NCBI GenBank assembly: GCA_020348985.1 | Contig: CP070761.1 | Span: 3,018,214 to 3,058,695 of the forward strand | Length of the DNA stretch: 40,482 nucleotides | Source of the DNA: Candidatus Thorarchaeota archaeon | GTDB lineage: Archaea > Asgardarchaeota > Thorarchaeia > Thorarchaeales > Thorarchaeaceae | Reading direction: 5' to 3' | Translations under genes and position numbers: made by a program | Notes under the pieces: model-generated | The model's database searches: none | What the model was told of the DNA's origin: nothing | The model's input: only the letters and a program-made list of their open reading frames with translations | Shown here: in pieces, positions 10,715 to 20,110 of the stretch | How positions within the stretch are numbered: position 1 is the first letter of the stretch | Layout of the letters: every line of letters begins with the position of its first letter

Positions 10715-11269
10715 ATGCTACCAAGAAGGCAAACTCATGTGTTGAGAAGCAAACAGATGCGATTTCCAGACTATGTATATGAATTTGATAGAGTTCAAGA
10801 CCGGCGTTTCAAGACCAAGAGCAATACTACAACACCCGCTAAACCAATTAGAGTACCCAGTAGTAAGGGATTGGAGAACCCGTCAACAGGACTCGGCGTG
10901 GTAGTTGGCCCGTTCAACAAGCTCCGCCTCTCATCCAAAGAAGCAGATGTCTTTCTCAGTCACCCAACAGTAATTACACTGGATCATGCTGAACCTCCGA
11001 AAAGTTTCTTTGATCCAATAATACAGCTCGCTAATCCAGCTATCAGAATTTCATCACTACGAATGCGTGGAGATTCTATTCTTTTGGCACTCTATAACTT
11101 GGAAAATCAGCAGGTTGAATCTCACATTGATCTTGCAGAGTATATCAAGAAAGCTTCAGAGGTGAAACTTGATCGAGCTGTCATTAGAGAACTATCAATC
11201 TCAAATCTAAGTGTGAATATCACCTTTGATGCAAGGGAGGTTAAGATGTTCAGACTTGATTTATCCTAG
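10715..11269 (+). pseudogene. Probable C-terminal remnant of a GH38 alpha-mannosidase
   Basis: IRISSLR..ILLALYN..ASEVKLD..ITFDAREVKMFRL resembles the GH38 C-terminal beta-sandwich; catalytic domain absent. Confidence 0.5.
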
Positions 11270-11295
11270 ATCGATTCTAAAATCCTCAACATTGA

Positions 11296-11511
11296 GGAAT
11301 CCATCCCAATGTTGACAAGGATTCTGGAGGAATGGGCAAAAGCCACGAACAGATTGAATACCTAGACTTTGTCAAAGAACTCCTAGAGGCGGGAAAGCTA
11401 ATTGCAGTCATAGACAGAACCTATCCATTTGAGCAAATTCCTGAGGCTCATACCTATTTCGAAACAGGGCGTAAGAAAGAAAGCGTAGTAACAACTGTGG
11501 ATCATAATTAA
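11296..11511 (+). pseudogene. C-terminal fragment of a third MDR/QOR-like oxidoreductase (not in ORF track)
   Basis: My translation GIHPNVDKDSGGMGKSHEQIEYLDFVKELLEAGKLIAVIDRTYPFEQIPEAHTYFETGRKKESVVTTVDHN* aligns with the C-termini of the two downstream MDR genes; in-frame TGA at 11293. Confidence 0.8.
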
Positions 11512-11541
11512 TGTGACCAATCTTGGAACAGGTGGAAGAAA

Positions 11542-12528
11542 ATGAAAGCGATTGTGTATGAAAAGTATGGATCACCTGATGTTCTTGAATTAAAAGAGGT
11601 AGAAAAACCATCGCCAAAAGAGAATGAAATTTTGATCAAAGTTCATGCAGCATCCCTCAATCGAGGTGATTTGCCGACCCTGAGAGGCAAACCGTTTTTG
11701 TTCAGACTAATGAACGGGCTTCGAGGACCAAAACACAACATACTCGGAGATGACATAGCTGGGACTGTTGAAGCGGTAGGTAGAAACGTCACGCAGTTTC
11801 AGCCTGGTGATGAGGTATTCGGAATAAGCTATTTTGGTGCTTTTGCTGAGTACAGGTGTGTTACTGAATACAATGAGCCTAACCAATCAATGATACTAAA
11901 GCCAGCTAGTCTGTCGTTTGAGGAAGCAGCAGCCATACCTATAGCGGCAATCACCGCCCTACAGGGGCTTCGCGATAAAGGACAGATTCAGTCGGGACAA
12001 AGTGTTTTGATTAATGGAGCCTCTGGTGGTGTGGGAACGTTTGCTGTGCAGATTGCTAAACACTTTGGGGCTGAGGTGACTGGAGTTTGCAGCACAAGAA
12101 AAATGGACATGGTGCGCTCAATCGGAGCTGATCATGTCATAGATTACCTGGAAGAAGATTTTACCAAAAGTGGAGAGCAATATGACCTGATTCTTGACGT
12201 AGCGGCATATCGTTCGATTTTCAACTACAAGCGATCATTAAGTTCCAATGGAATTTATGTCTGTACAGGAGGATCCATGGGGAAATTCTTCCAAGCTATG
12301 TTCTTTGGACCATTCGTATCATTGAGGGGAAATAAGAAACTAGGGTCGGCGGGGATAGCGAAACCAAACCAAGAAGATTTCCTGTATCTGATTGAGCTTT
12401 TTGAAGCTGGCAAAGTAGTACCTGTCATAGATAGGAGCTACCCATTGAGTGAGGTCGCTGAAGCTCTAAAGTATCTAGAGGAAGGAAGAGCCCAAGGAAA
12501 AGTAGTAATTACTGTGGCCAAAGAATGA
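11542..12528 (+). CDS. NAD(P)-dependent MDR oxidoreductase (quinone oxidoreductase-like)
   Basis: MKAIVYEKYGSPDVL, GASGGVG, GADHVIDY, PVIDRSYPL, GKVVI. Confidence 0.92.
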   Translation: MKAIVYEKYGSPDVLELKEVEKPSPKENEILIKVHAASLNRGDLPTLRGKPFLFRLMNGLRGPKHNILGDDIAGTVEAVGRNVTQFQPGDEVFGISYFGAFAEYRCVTEYNEPNQSMILKPASLSFEEAAAIPIAAITALQGLRDKGQIQSGQSVLINGASGGVGTFAVQIAKHFGAEVTGVCSTRKMDMVRSIGADHVIDYLEEDFTKSGEQYDLILDVAAYRSIFNYKRSLSSNGIYVCTGGSMGKFFQAMFFGPFVSLRGNKKLGSAGIAKPNQEDFLYLIELFEAGKVVPVIDRSYPLSEVAEALKYLEEGRAQGKVVITVAKE

Positions 12529-12552
12529 GCACATTCCAAGAAGGAATCCCAA

Positions 12553-13554
12553 GTGAAAGCGATTGTATGGACTAGGTATGGCCCACCAGAAGTTCTTCAA
12601 CTCAGAGAAGTAGAGAAACCCGGTCCAAAGGATGATGAAGTTCTCATCAAAATCCGTGCGACTACAGCCACAGCAGGCGACTGTGAAATGCGGAGGATGA
12701 AAACCGCCATTCAGTACAGGATCCTCATGCGACTATTTGTAGGTCTCAGAAGACCAAAGAGATTGACTATACTGGGGATGGAGCTAGCCGGAATTGTCGA
12801 AGCTGTAGGGAAAGATGTAACAAAGTTCAAGAAAGATGACGAAGTCTTTGCGTCCACAGGTTTTACTCGTTCTGGTACATACACCGAATACATCTGTCTA
12901 CCCGAAGAAGCTGAGGAAGGCAACGCAGATGTGGCAATAGTGGCAATGAAACCAACCAATATGTCGTTTGAAGAAGCTGCGCCAATTCCCATGGGAGGAG
13001 TTGAGGCATTGTGTTTGCTTCGACAAGCAAATCTTCAGAGGGGACAAAGGATTCTGATCAATGGTGCGGGTGGAACTATTGGCAGCTTTGCGGTCCAGCT
13101 TGCCAAATCAATGGGGGCTGAAGTTCACGCCGTCGATAGTACGAATAAGTTGGACATGCTACGTTCAATTGGAGCTGACCATACTATAGACTACAAAACC
13201 ACTGACTTCACAGCAAGTGATGACAAGTACGATGTAATCTTTGATATTATTGGGAAGGCTCCGTATTCAGGTAGTATCAGATCGCTGAAGGAGAATGGAA
13301 TCTACATTACAGGTATCCCTAAGAGCTCCCGAAGTATTCGTGGGCGATGGACCTCAAGGAGAAGCAGCAAGAAAGTGGTGTTTGGGAGAGTATACCCTAA
13401 GGCTGAAGATTTAGAATACCTAGCTGAGTTCATAGAGGCTGGAGAATTGATATCAGTAATAGACCGAACCTTCTCCTTAGAAGAAACAGCCGAGGCTCAC
13501 AGATATGTAGAATCAGGACAGAAGCAAGGTCATGTCGTAATTTCTCTCGATTGA
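12553..13554 (+). CDS. NAD(P)-dependent MDR oxidoreductase, tandem paralog
   Basis: MKAIVWTRYGPPEVL, GAGGTIG, GADHTIDY, VIDRTFSL. Confidence 0.92.
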   Translation: MKAIVWTRYGPPEVLQLREVEKPGPKDDEVLIKIRATTATAGDCEMRRMKTAIQYRILMRLFVGLRRPKRLTILGMELAGIVEAVGKDVTKFKKDDEVFASTGFTRSGTYTEYICLPEEAEEGNADVAIVAMKPTNMSFEEAAPIPMGGVEALCLLRQANLQRGQRILINGAGGTIGSFAVQLAKSMGAEVHAVDSTNKLDMLRSIGADHTIDYKTTDFTASDDKYDVIFDIIGKAPYSGSIRSLKENGIYITGIPKSSRSIRGRWTSRRSSKKVVFGRVYPKAEDLEYLAEFIEAGELISVIDRTFSLEETAEAHRYVESGQKQGHVVISLD

Positions 13555-13866
13555 CTAGCCAAAGCAACTCAGGGACGATAGACAACTTTGAAACAAAGAG
13601 GGAACGCCATCAGAAACTGGGGGCTGAATTCTTTTCTTTGACAATTCTTCTTGTTTAGGCCACTTCCATGCATACCACACAATCAGAACACAAAAGACCA
13701 CATACCCAACACCAAGAATGTTCTCATACAAAGATCTGGCAATTATGAATCCTATTCCATCGATAACGATGAAGAATATGGCTACGATGATGTTTGCCCA
13801 CCGATTTGACTTGTATGGCATCTCTAGAGAAAGAAACACCATGAAAATAGGAATCATCATCATCAC
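13555..13866 (-). pseudogene. N-terminally truncated DUF6326-like membrane protein
   Basis: IPIFMVFLSL..NRWANII..IVWYAWKWP is the C-terminal half of this family; in-frame TAG three codons upstream of the GTG start. Confidence 0.55.
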
Positions 13867-13927
13867 CGCCCGCTAAGTTCCTTAATGAACACTAACTTAC
13901 TGAATGGATAGTGGTTTCTGCTATAGA

Positions 13928-14665
13928 CTAGTCAATTTCGAGGTAGATTCGTTTGTTGATTGCGCCCTTGCTCTTGTAGTCCACTATTCGGATTGGACCA
14001 ACTTCCCTGGTGTTCGCTACATGGGTTCCCCCATCTGCCTGAAGATCGAGTCCCACAATTTCCACTGTTCGGATCTCCTTCACAGATTCCGGGATTAGGT
14101 TGACCTTTGTGCGTATCAAATCAGGAATCTTCACAGCTTCCTCACGTGATAGGAGTTGAGTTCTAATCTCTCTTGCCGCTGCGACCTCATCATTGCACTT
14201 GGCTTCAATCTCCTGAACAAGCTTTTTCTCCATTCTCTCGAACTCAAAGTCCATCCGACCCTTTCCAGGCTCCATATTCCCACCCGTCACACTAGCCTCA
14301 TAGTCGCGCCAGACTACGCCGCAGAGAATGTGCATTGCACTATGAGTTCGCATGATCTTGTACCGATTCTCCCAATCCAGGCCGCAAGAGACATGCTGGT
14401 CGGGCCTGGGGGAGTCGGACATTGTCTCGAACTCGCCAACTAGAGTGTGCCATATGACGCCGCCTTCCTTCTTGACCTTCACAACTTTGAATCGGTTATC
14501 GCCGGCAACGAGCCAACCAATGTCAGATGGTTGTCCGCCCCCACCAGGATAGAATGCAGTCTTGTCTAGTTCAACTCTATTCTCGCCTTCATCAAAGGTT
14601 ACCTGCACAATTATGGCCTCAAACTCCTTGAGATATGAGTCATCGAAGTAGAGTAGTTCCGTCAT
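13928..14665 (-). CDS. alaX: Alanyl-tRNA editing protein AlaX-M
   Basis: LLYFDDSY, TAFYPGGGGQPSD, HSAMH, QADGGTH; ATG at 14665 is preceded by AGGTG (ORF track extends to 14707). Confidence 0.92.
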   Translation of the reverse strand: MTELLYFDDSYLKEFEAIIVQVTFDEGENRVELDKTAFYPGGGGQPSDIGWLVAGDNRFKVVKVKKEGGVIWHTLVGEFETMSDSPRPDQHVSCGLDWENRYKIMRTHSAMHILCGVVWRDYEASVTGGNMEPGKGRMDFEFERMEKKLVQEIEAKCNDEVAAAREIRTQLLSREEAVKIPDLIRTKVNLIPESVKEIRTVEIVGLDLQADGGTHVANTREVGPIRIVDYKSKGAINKRIYLEID

Positions 14666-14744
14666 TTGTACGGCACCTTCCAGATAGCTACAATTGAGCT
14701 GGAACATATGAAGCGCACGGTCCGAACAGCGGCGATTCTCGCAG

Positions 14745-14788
14745 AAGATATATGACGGGCCACACCCTCAAATCCTCAGGGTGATACA
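14745..14788 (+). promoter_or_regulatory. Candidate TATA-like element and SD (GGTGA) for the SCP2-AOR operon
   Basis: GATATATG about 40 bp upstream and GGGTGA just upstream of ATG 14789, in a divergent intergenic region. Confidence 0.35.
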
Positions 14789-15121
14789 ATGGCCAAGGAG
14801 GAGATACTGAAGCGATTGAAAGAGCTGACTGCGAGATTTGAGGATCCCAAAATCAAGCGGCGCTTCAAGGAATACCATAAGACTCTGCAGTTCATCTTTC
14901 CTGACATCAATGTGAGTATGTACTTGAAGATTGGAGACGCCGAGATACTCGAGGTCGCAGAGGGAGCTGTGGATGCTGAGCTAAGTGTCACCATGGATTC
15001 CTCGGTCTTCTTTGGTATTTGGGACAAGACGGAAAGCCCCATGGCCGCATATCAGGCGGGGAAGCTAAAGACAAAGGGAGAAGTCCCGGATCTGTTGAAG
15101 CTTCAGAAGCTCCTTGTCTAA
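14789..15121 (+). CDS. SCP2 sterol/lipid-binding domain protein
   Basis: 110 aa; LQFIF..AELSVTMDS..SPMAAYQAGKLKTKG..LLKL SCP2 signature. Confidence 0.85.
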   Translation: MAKEEILKRLKELTARFEDPKIKRRFKEYHKTLQFIFPDINVSMYLKIGDAEILEVAEGAVDAELSVTMDSSVFFGIWDKTESPMAAYQAGKLKTKGEVPDLLKLQKLLV

Positions 15122-15153
15122 CTTGGACGATTTCTCGTTGAACTTCTGCCAGG

Positions 15154-16167
15154 ATGATGAGAATGAAAGCTCTGGTCACTGCCCCTTTCACTGAGGCCTG
15201 CCTCAACGAACTGAGAGAAGCAGGTGTAGAAGTCGAGTATCGCAGCTGGCGTGACACAGGGAAGCTCCATTTGGGCGATTCAATGCTCGAGGTCATATCA
15301 CAGGGAGATTACGACATCGTAATCGTCGAGGGCGATGAAATCAAGGAGGAAGTAATCCAAGGAACCGACCTGAAGCTAATTGCATGCGTTCGAGGCGGTC
15401 CGAACAACATCTCGATAGAAGCTGCAACGAAAAAGGGAATACCCGTTGTTTCAGCACCTGGAAGAAACACGACAGCAGTTGCTGAACTTACTATCTCACT
15501 CATACTCTCTACGGCAAGAAGGTTGACTCGAGCAGACCGACTTCTCGTGAGAGACGAATTCATGGTGGATGATTTTGGTGATTTCGGAAGGCTTCACGAA
15601 TCAACCATCGGATTCGAGCTTTCCGGGAAGACAGTTGGGATTATAGGACTGGGGCAAATCGGACTCGAAGTGGCAAAGAGACTCTGTGCCTTTGACGTCA
15701 GACTACTCGTTTATGATCCGTATGTTGCCGAAGATAAGCTGAAAAGTGTCGGAGCAACTGAATCTGGTCTCGATGATCTGTTGCAGGAGTCAGACGTGGT
15801 GACGATTCATGTTCCCGCCACGGAAGAGACACGTGGCCTTCTAAGTGCTGAGAAGCTTGGGCTTATGAAAGAGACATCAATCCTGATCAATACGTCAAGG
15901 GCCTCAGTGACAGACGAGGATGCCCTCTTCGAGGCGCTCAAGAGTAAGAGGATTGCTGGAGCGGGGCTAGACGTCTTCACAATGGAACCTGTTGATTGTG
16001 ATAATATCTTCCTTGAGCTAGACAATGTGACCGTCACGCCACACATTGGTGGCAATACAAGAGAGACAATCGAACGGCAATCGGAGATGCTAACAAAAGA
16101 CATCAAGGCTTTTCTCAATGGAGAGAAACCACTACACATCTTGAACCCAGAGGTTCTGAAGGGCTAG
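15154..16167 (+). CDS. D-isomer-specific 2-hydroxyacid dehydrogenase (SerA-like catalytic core)
   Basis: PGRNTTAVAE, GIIGLGQIG, INTSR, LDVF..EP, TPHIGG; no ACT domain. Confidence 0.9.
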   Translation: MMRMKALVTAPFTEACLNELREAGVEVEYRSWRDTGKLHLGDSMLEVISQGDYDIVIVEGDEIKEEVIQGTDLKLIACVRGGPNNISIEAATKKGIPVVSAPGRNTTAVAELTISLILSTARRLTRADRLLVRDEFMVDDFGDFGRLHESTIGFELSGKTVGIIGLGQIGLEVAKRLCAFDVRLLVYDPYVAEDKLKSVGATESGLDDLLQESDVVTIHVPATEETRGLLSAEKLGLMKETSILINTSRASVTDEDALFEALKSKRIAGAGLDVFTMEPVDCDNIFLELDNVTVTPHIGGNTRETIERQSEMLTKDIKAFLNGEKPLHILNPEVLKG

Positions 16168-16178
16168 GTGGAGCTAAC

Positions 16179-17678
16179 ATGGTCGTTGCTTCTATTGATG
16201 CTGGCACAACTGGGGTCCGCTGCTTGATTGTGAACAAGAATGGTACTTTGCTTGGCATCAGCAGAAGGAACTGGGATTACGAAACGCATGAGTTTCTCGA
16301 AATTGCCAAGGAATTCAACCCAACAATCTTCTGGAAGACAATATGCGCTGTTATTCATGAGGCCCTAGAGAGCTCGGCAGTTGATGTTTCGAAGCTAGAA
16401 GCCATGTCAGCAACAAGTCAACGGCACGGGATTGTTTTGCTGGATTCGGATGGTAGGGAACTTCATGCAGGGCCCAACATCGATGCGCGAGGAGCGATGA
16501 CTCAGTACATCATTGAGGAGTCGCTCGCAGAGAAGTACCATGATATCACCGGATGTTGGCCACCTCTGATGTTCGGACCGGCAAGAGTAGCGTGGTTCGA
16601 GGAGGAAGAGCCCGAGATTTTCGAATCGATCGCTCATATTCTTCCAATAAGCGACTGGATAGCATATCGAATCTCAGGTGAGTACTCAACCGAGCCAGCC
16701 TCCGCAAGTGCTACAGGGTTCTTTGACATCAAGAAGATGGAATGGAGCTCTGATGTCATCGATGCCGTTGGAATCGAAGCGGGTGTCTTCCCAAGACTTG
16801 GTCAATCCGGAGACGTAATTGGGGAAGTCACGTCCAAAGCCGAGGCCGACTCCGGACTCCCCGAAGGGCTTCCTGTCGTGCAGGGAGGAACCGACACACA
16901 TTGCGCGCTCCTTGCTGCGCAATCGGAATTTGGCGATATTACAGCTATCATGGGCAGCACTGCACCCATAATGCTTGTTCTCGATAAACCAATCTGCGCG
17001 GAGAACCAGAAGATGTGGACAGGATGCCATGTTATTCCAGGTCAATGGACCATGGAGAGCAATGCGACTATGACGGGAGCATATCTGGTCTGGGTGATTG
17101 ACCTTCTTTGTCAACAGGCAGAGAAACCCTCGGATTGCCGTGCAAAGCTATACGATAATCTGGACGACATTCTCGCAGACACCCCTCCTGGCAGCAACGA
17201 GACCTATGCAGGTCTTGGGCCGAGCATAATGGATTGTCGAACAATATCAGACATCCCTCAAGCAAGGCTATTCTTTCCTCAACCTGCATTGCCACAGGTC
17301 ATCCCATTGAGCTCTACTTCACTGATTCACGCAGTCCTTGAGAACATCGCCTATTCTGTAAGAGGCAATCTTGAACAGCTGGAAGGAGTAGCCGAGTCTA
17401 AGAAAGTCCGTGCAATCGGAGGTTTAACTCGTTCATCAACTTGGCTCAAGATGCTTTCGAACGTTCTGAACAGACCGGTACATGTTCCGACCGAACCTGA
17501 AGGGAGTCTTCTAGGCGCAGCAATCTGTGCAGCAAAAGGAGCGGGATGGTTCGATAGTCTCGAGGCAGGGGCAAAAAGTATGGTGAAGTGGCAGCCCGCT
17601 TACGAGCCAGATGAGCGGGCCAAGGTGTACGAATCCTACTACAAGAGGTGGACAGAAATCTGGTGTGGAGCCGAGTGA
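16179..17678 (+). CDS. FGGY-family carbohydrate kinase (LsrK/xylulokinase-like)
   Basis: IDAGTTGVRC, TSQRHG..NIDARG, ISDWIAY, GGTD, GGLTRS, GAAICA. Confidence 0.9.
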   Translation: MVVASIDAGTTGVRCLIVNKNGTLLGISRRNWDYETHEFLEIAKEFNPTIFWKTICAVIHEALESSAVDVSKLEAMSATSQRHGIVLLDSDGRELHAGPNIDARGAMTQYIIEESLAEKYHDITGCWPPLMFGPARVAWFEEEEPEIFESIAHILPISDWIAYRISGEYSTEPASASATGFFDIKKMEWSSDVIDAVGIEAGVFPRLGQSGDVIGEVTSKAEADSGLPEGLPVVQGGTDTHCALLAAQSEFGDITAIMGSTAPIMLVLDKPICAENQKMWTGCHVIPGQWTMESNATMTGAYLVWVIDLLCQQAEKPSDCRAKLYDNLDDILADTPPGSNETYAGLGPSIMDCRTISDIPQARLFFPQPALPQVIPLSSTSLIHAVLENIAYSVRGNLEQLEGVAESKKVRAIGGLTRSSTWLKMLSNVLNRPVHVPTEPEGSLLGAAICAAKGAGWFDSLEAGAKSMVKWQPAYEPDERAKVYESYYKRWTEIWCGAE

Positions 17679-17680
17679 CA

Positions 17681-18310
17681 ATGTACGAAGAAGAAAGACG
17701 CGAATTACTTGATACGTGTTTGAAAATGCTTGAACTGGATCTTTTGGCAGGATCCGCGGGAAATGCAAGTGTCAGAGTCGATGACCATGCCGTGATTACT
17801 CCCAGTTCTGTCCCATACATAGAGATGAAGCCCGAAGATATGATGGTTCTAGATTTGGAAGGAAATGTCGTCGAAGGTGATTTGAATCCAAGTGTCGAAC
17901 ATCGAATACATCTGGCGCTATACCGGAATCGTGATGACGCTCAGGCTGTCCTTCATCCACACAGTGTTTATGCAACGGCCCTTGCTCTTCTGCAACGACC
18001 CCTGCCACCGATACTAGATGAAGTAGTACCAAAACTCGGCGGAGAGATTCGAGTTACTTCCTACGCAATGCCTGGAAGTACTGAACTTGCGAACGAGGTA
18101 GTGGGTGCAATAGAGGACCGGAGTGCTGTCCTCATAGCTAATCACGGGGCTCTTGTCATCGGGAGCTCCCTAAGCAAAGCACTCAGCAAGTCATTGCTTT
18201 TGGAGCGGACATGCAGAATCTATCTCATTGCGCTTCAAGCGGGGAAGCCAACCGAGTTGCCTGAAGAAATCGTAGAGATGGAACAAGACCTGTGGGATCT
18301 AATGAAGTGA
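17681..18310 (+). CDS. Class II aldolase (L-fuculose-phosphate aldolase-like)
   Basis: AGNAS, ITPS, PSVE, HPHS, LIANHG Zn/phosphate motifs; ATG 2 nt after the kinase stop (ORF track starts 17648). Confidence 0.9.
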   Translation: MYEEERRELLDTCLKMLELDLLAGSAGNASVRVDDHAVITPSSVPYIEMKPEDMMVLDLEGNVVEGDLNPSVEHRIHLALYRNRDDAQAVLHPHSVYATALALLQRPLPPILDEVVPKLGGEIRVTSYAMPGSTELANEVVGAIEDRSAVLIANHGALVIGSSLSKALSKSLLLERTCRIYLIALQAGKPTELPEEIVEMEQDLWDLMK

Positions 18311-18325
18311 AGAAGGGATTCACTC

Positions 18326-20110
18326 ATGAATGGTTACATGGGCGAGATACTGAGTGTCAACCTTAGTAATGGAACCAGAGACATTCTCGAACTAAACAAG
18401 GAGTGGGCTACACAATTCATAGGGGGAAGTGGGTATGCTGCTAGACTTCTCTACGATGTGTTGCCGCAGGATGCAGATCCTTTGGGACCAGAGAATGTGC
18501 TCCTATGGATGACCGGACCACTCACCGGTACAATCGCCCCATGTACTGGAAGACACGTTGTTTGCGGAAGGTCACCTTTGACAGGACTCTGGGGAGAAGC
18601 AAATGCGGGTGGGCACTTTGGAGTTCATTTGAAACGTACCGGCTATGATGGCCTTCTTGTTAGGGGGAAAGCGGCAGGCCCAGTCTACATTTTCGTTCAG
18701 AAAGGCGAGTGCAGAATAGAATCTGCCGACCAACTCTGGGGTAAGACCACAAGTCTCACGCAGCGTACATTGAGAGAGGACTTGGGAAGAGTTCAGGTTT
18801 CTTGTATTGGCCAGGCAGGAGAGAATCTGGTCAGATTCGCGGGCATCATAAACGATGAAAGAGCAGCGGCCAGGTGTGGGTTGGGAGCGGTCATGGGTTC
18901 CAAAAACCTCAAGGCAGTTGTTGTCGAAGGAGAAGAGAAAGTTGCCTTGGCCGATGAAGAGGGTTTTACTGATTTAGCAACAAGTACGTCAAAACAACTT
19001 GGAGAGTTGATGCGGCCGCTCCAGGAAGCAGGAACGGCGACGTACGTAGATATTGGCTTGATGTATTATGACATGCCGATTAAGTACTTCCAAGAAATTG
19101 AGTTCGAAGCCGGCTCACTGAATGCAGGAGCTCTGGGTGAAATCCTAGTTGGCCGAACGGCCTGTTACTCATGTCCGATAGCCTGCGGACGGAAAGTGAC
19201 AGTAGAGAAATATAGCCTGAAGGAAGTCGCGGGGCCAGAGTTTCAGACTATTGCGGCGTTCGGAACAAGCCTGAAAATCCCAGATATTCGAGATATCTCA
19301 CTGCTGAACCGCCTCTGTAATGAATACGGAATGGACACAATAAGCTGTGGTGGAGTAATCGCATTCTCTGCAGTCTTGAAGGAGATGGGAAAGCTCAACG
19401 AGGGACCAGAATGGGGAGACAGTGAAAGAGTAGTGGAACTCGTGCACCAGATAGCAGCAAGAGAGGGTCTCGGAAGAGACCTTGGAGAAGGCGTATTGAG
19501 ATTTGCCGAGGCGCATGATGCCAGGGAGCATGCATTGCATGTCAGGGGTCTGGAGATGCCTTATCATGATCCAAGGGCTTTCGGTGGTCTAGGAACTATC
19601 TACACTATTGCATCACGAGGAGCATGTCACATGGAAGGTGATATGCATACTATCGACATGGGTGTCGACATAAGGGAGCTAGGGATTGTTGCTGGAGAAC
19701 CACTAGAAAATGAGCAGAAGGGCATCATGGCAGCAAAGGCTCAGGAGTACAGAGCTTTCTTTGATACCACTATCATGTGTCATTTCGCAATGATACCTGT
19801 AGATGCAATCCTGGGTCTGCTTAACCAAGCCACTGGCTTTGCTATGTCGCTCAACGACATTCTCGTTGTTGGTGCTCGAATTGTTGCAGTGAAACGCATG
19901 CTCAATCTTAGGCTTGGACTCGATACGAAAGATGAGAGACTCCCAGCCGGTCTCTTGACGCCTCAACCAGAGGAGGTAACAGATGACTTCGTTCCTGACG
20001 TTGACGCTCAGCTTGATGAGTACTACGAATACAAGGGCTGGGACAGAGACTCTGGCAGGCCGAGAGAGGAGACTCTCAATAGATTGGGTCTGGACTTAGA
20101 AGTAGGCTAA
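18326..20110 (+). CDS. aor: Tungsten-dependent aldehyde:ferredoxin oxidoreductase family protein
   Basis: SPLTG, GAVMGSKNLKA, CYSCPIAC, GMDTIS, HDPR, RGACH, YYEYKGWD. Confidence 0.93.
   Translation: MNGYMGEILSVNLSNGTRDILELNKEWATQFIGGSGYAARLLYDVLPQDADPLGPENVLLWMTGPLTGTIAPCTGRHVVCGRSPLTGLWGEANAGGHFGVHLKRTGYDGLLVRGKAAGPVYIFVQKGECRIESADQLWGKTTSLTQRTLREDLGRVQVSCIGQAGENLVRFAGIINDERAAARCGLGAVMGSKNLKAVVVEGEEKVALADEEGFTDLATSTSKQLGELMRPLQEAGTATYVDIGLMYYDMPIKYFQEIEFEAGSLNAGALGEILVGRTACYSCPIACGRKVTVEKYSLKEVAGPEFQTIAAFGTSLKIPDIRDISLLNRLCNEYGMDTISCGGVIAFSAVLKEMGKLNEGPEWGDSERVVELVHQIAAREGLGRDLGEGVLRFAEAHDAREHALHVRGLEMPYHDPRAFGGLGTIYTIASRGACHMEGDMHTIDMGVDIRELGIVAGEPLENEQKGIMAAKAQEYRAFFDTTIMCHFAMIPVDAILGLLNQATGFAMSLNDILVVGARIVAVKRMLNLRLGLDTKDERLPAGLLTPQPEEVTDDFVPDVDAQLDEYYEYKGWDRDSGRPREETLNRLGLDLEVG

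Noticed and set aside
9001-13925. Complete BREX system or mobile element
   Set aside because: No PglZ, PglX, BrxC, integrase, transposase, terminal repeats or target-site duplication seen
14010-14045. AlaX DGGTH instead of CGGTH
   Set aside because: QADGGTH is a common variant in AlaX-M proteins
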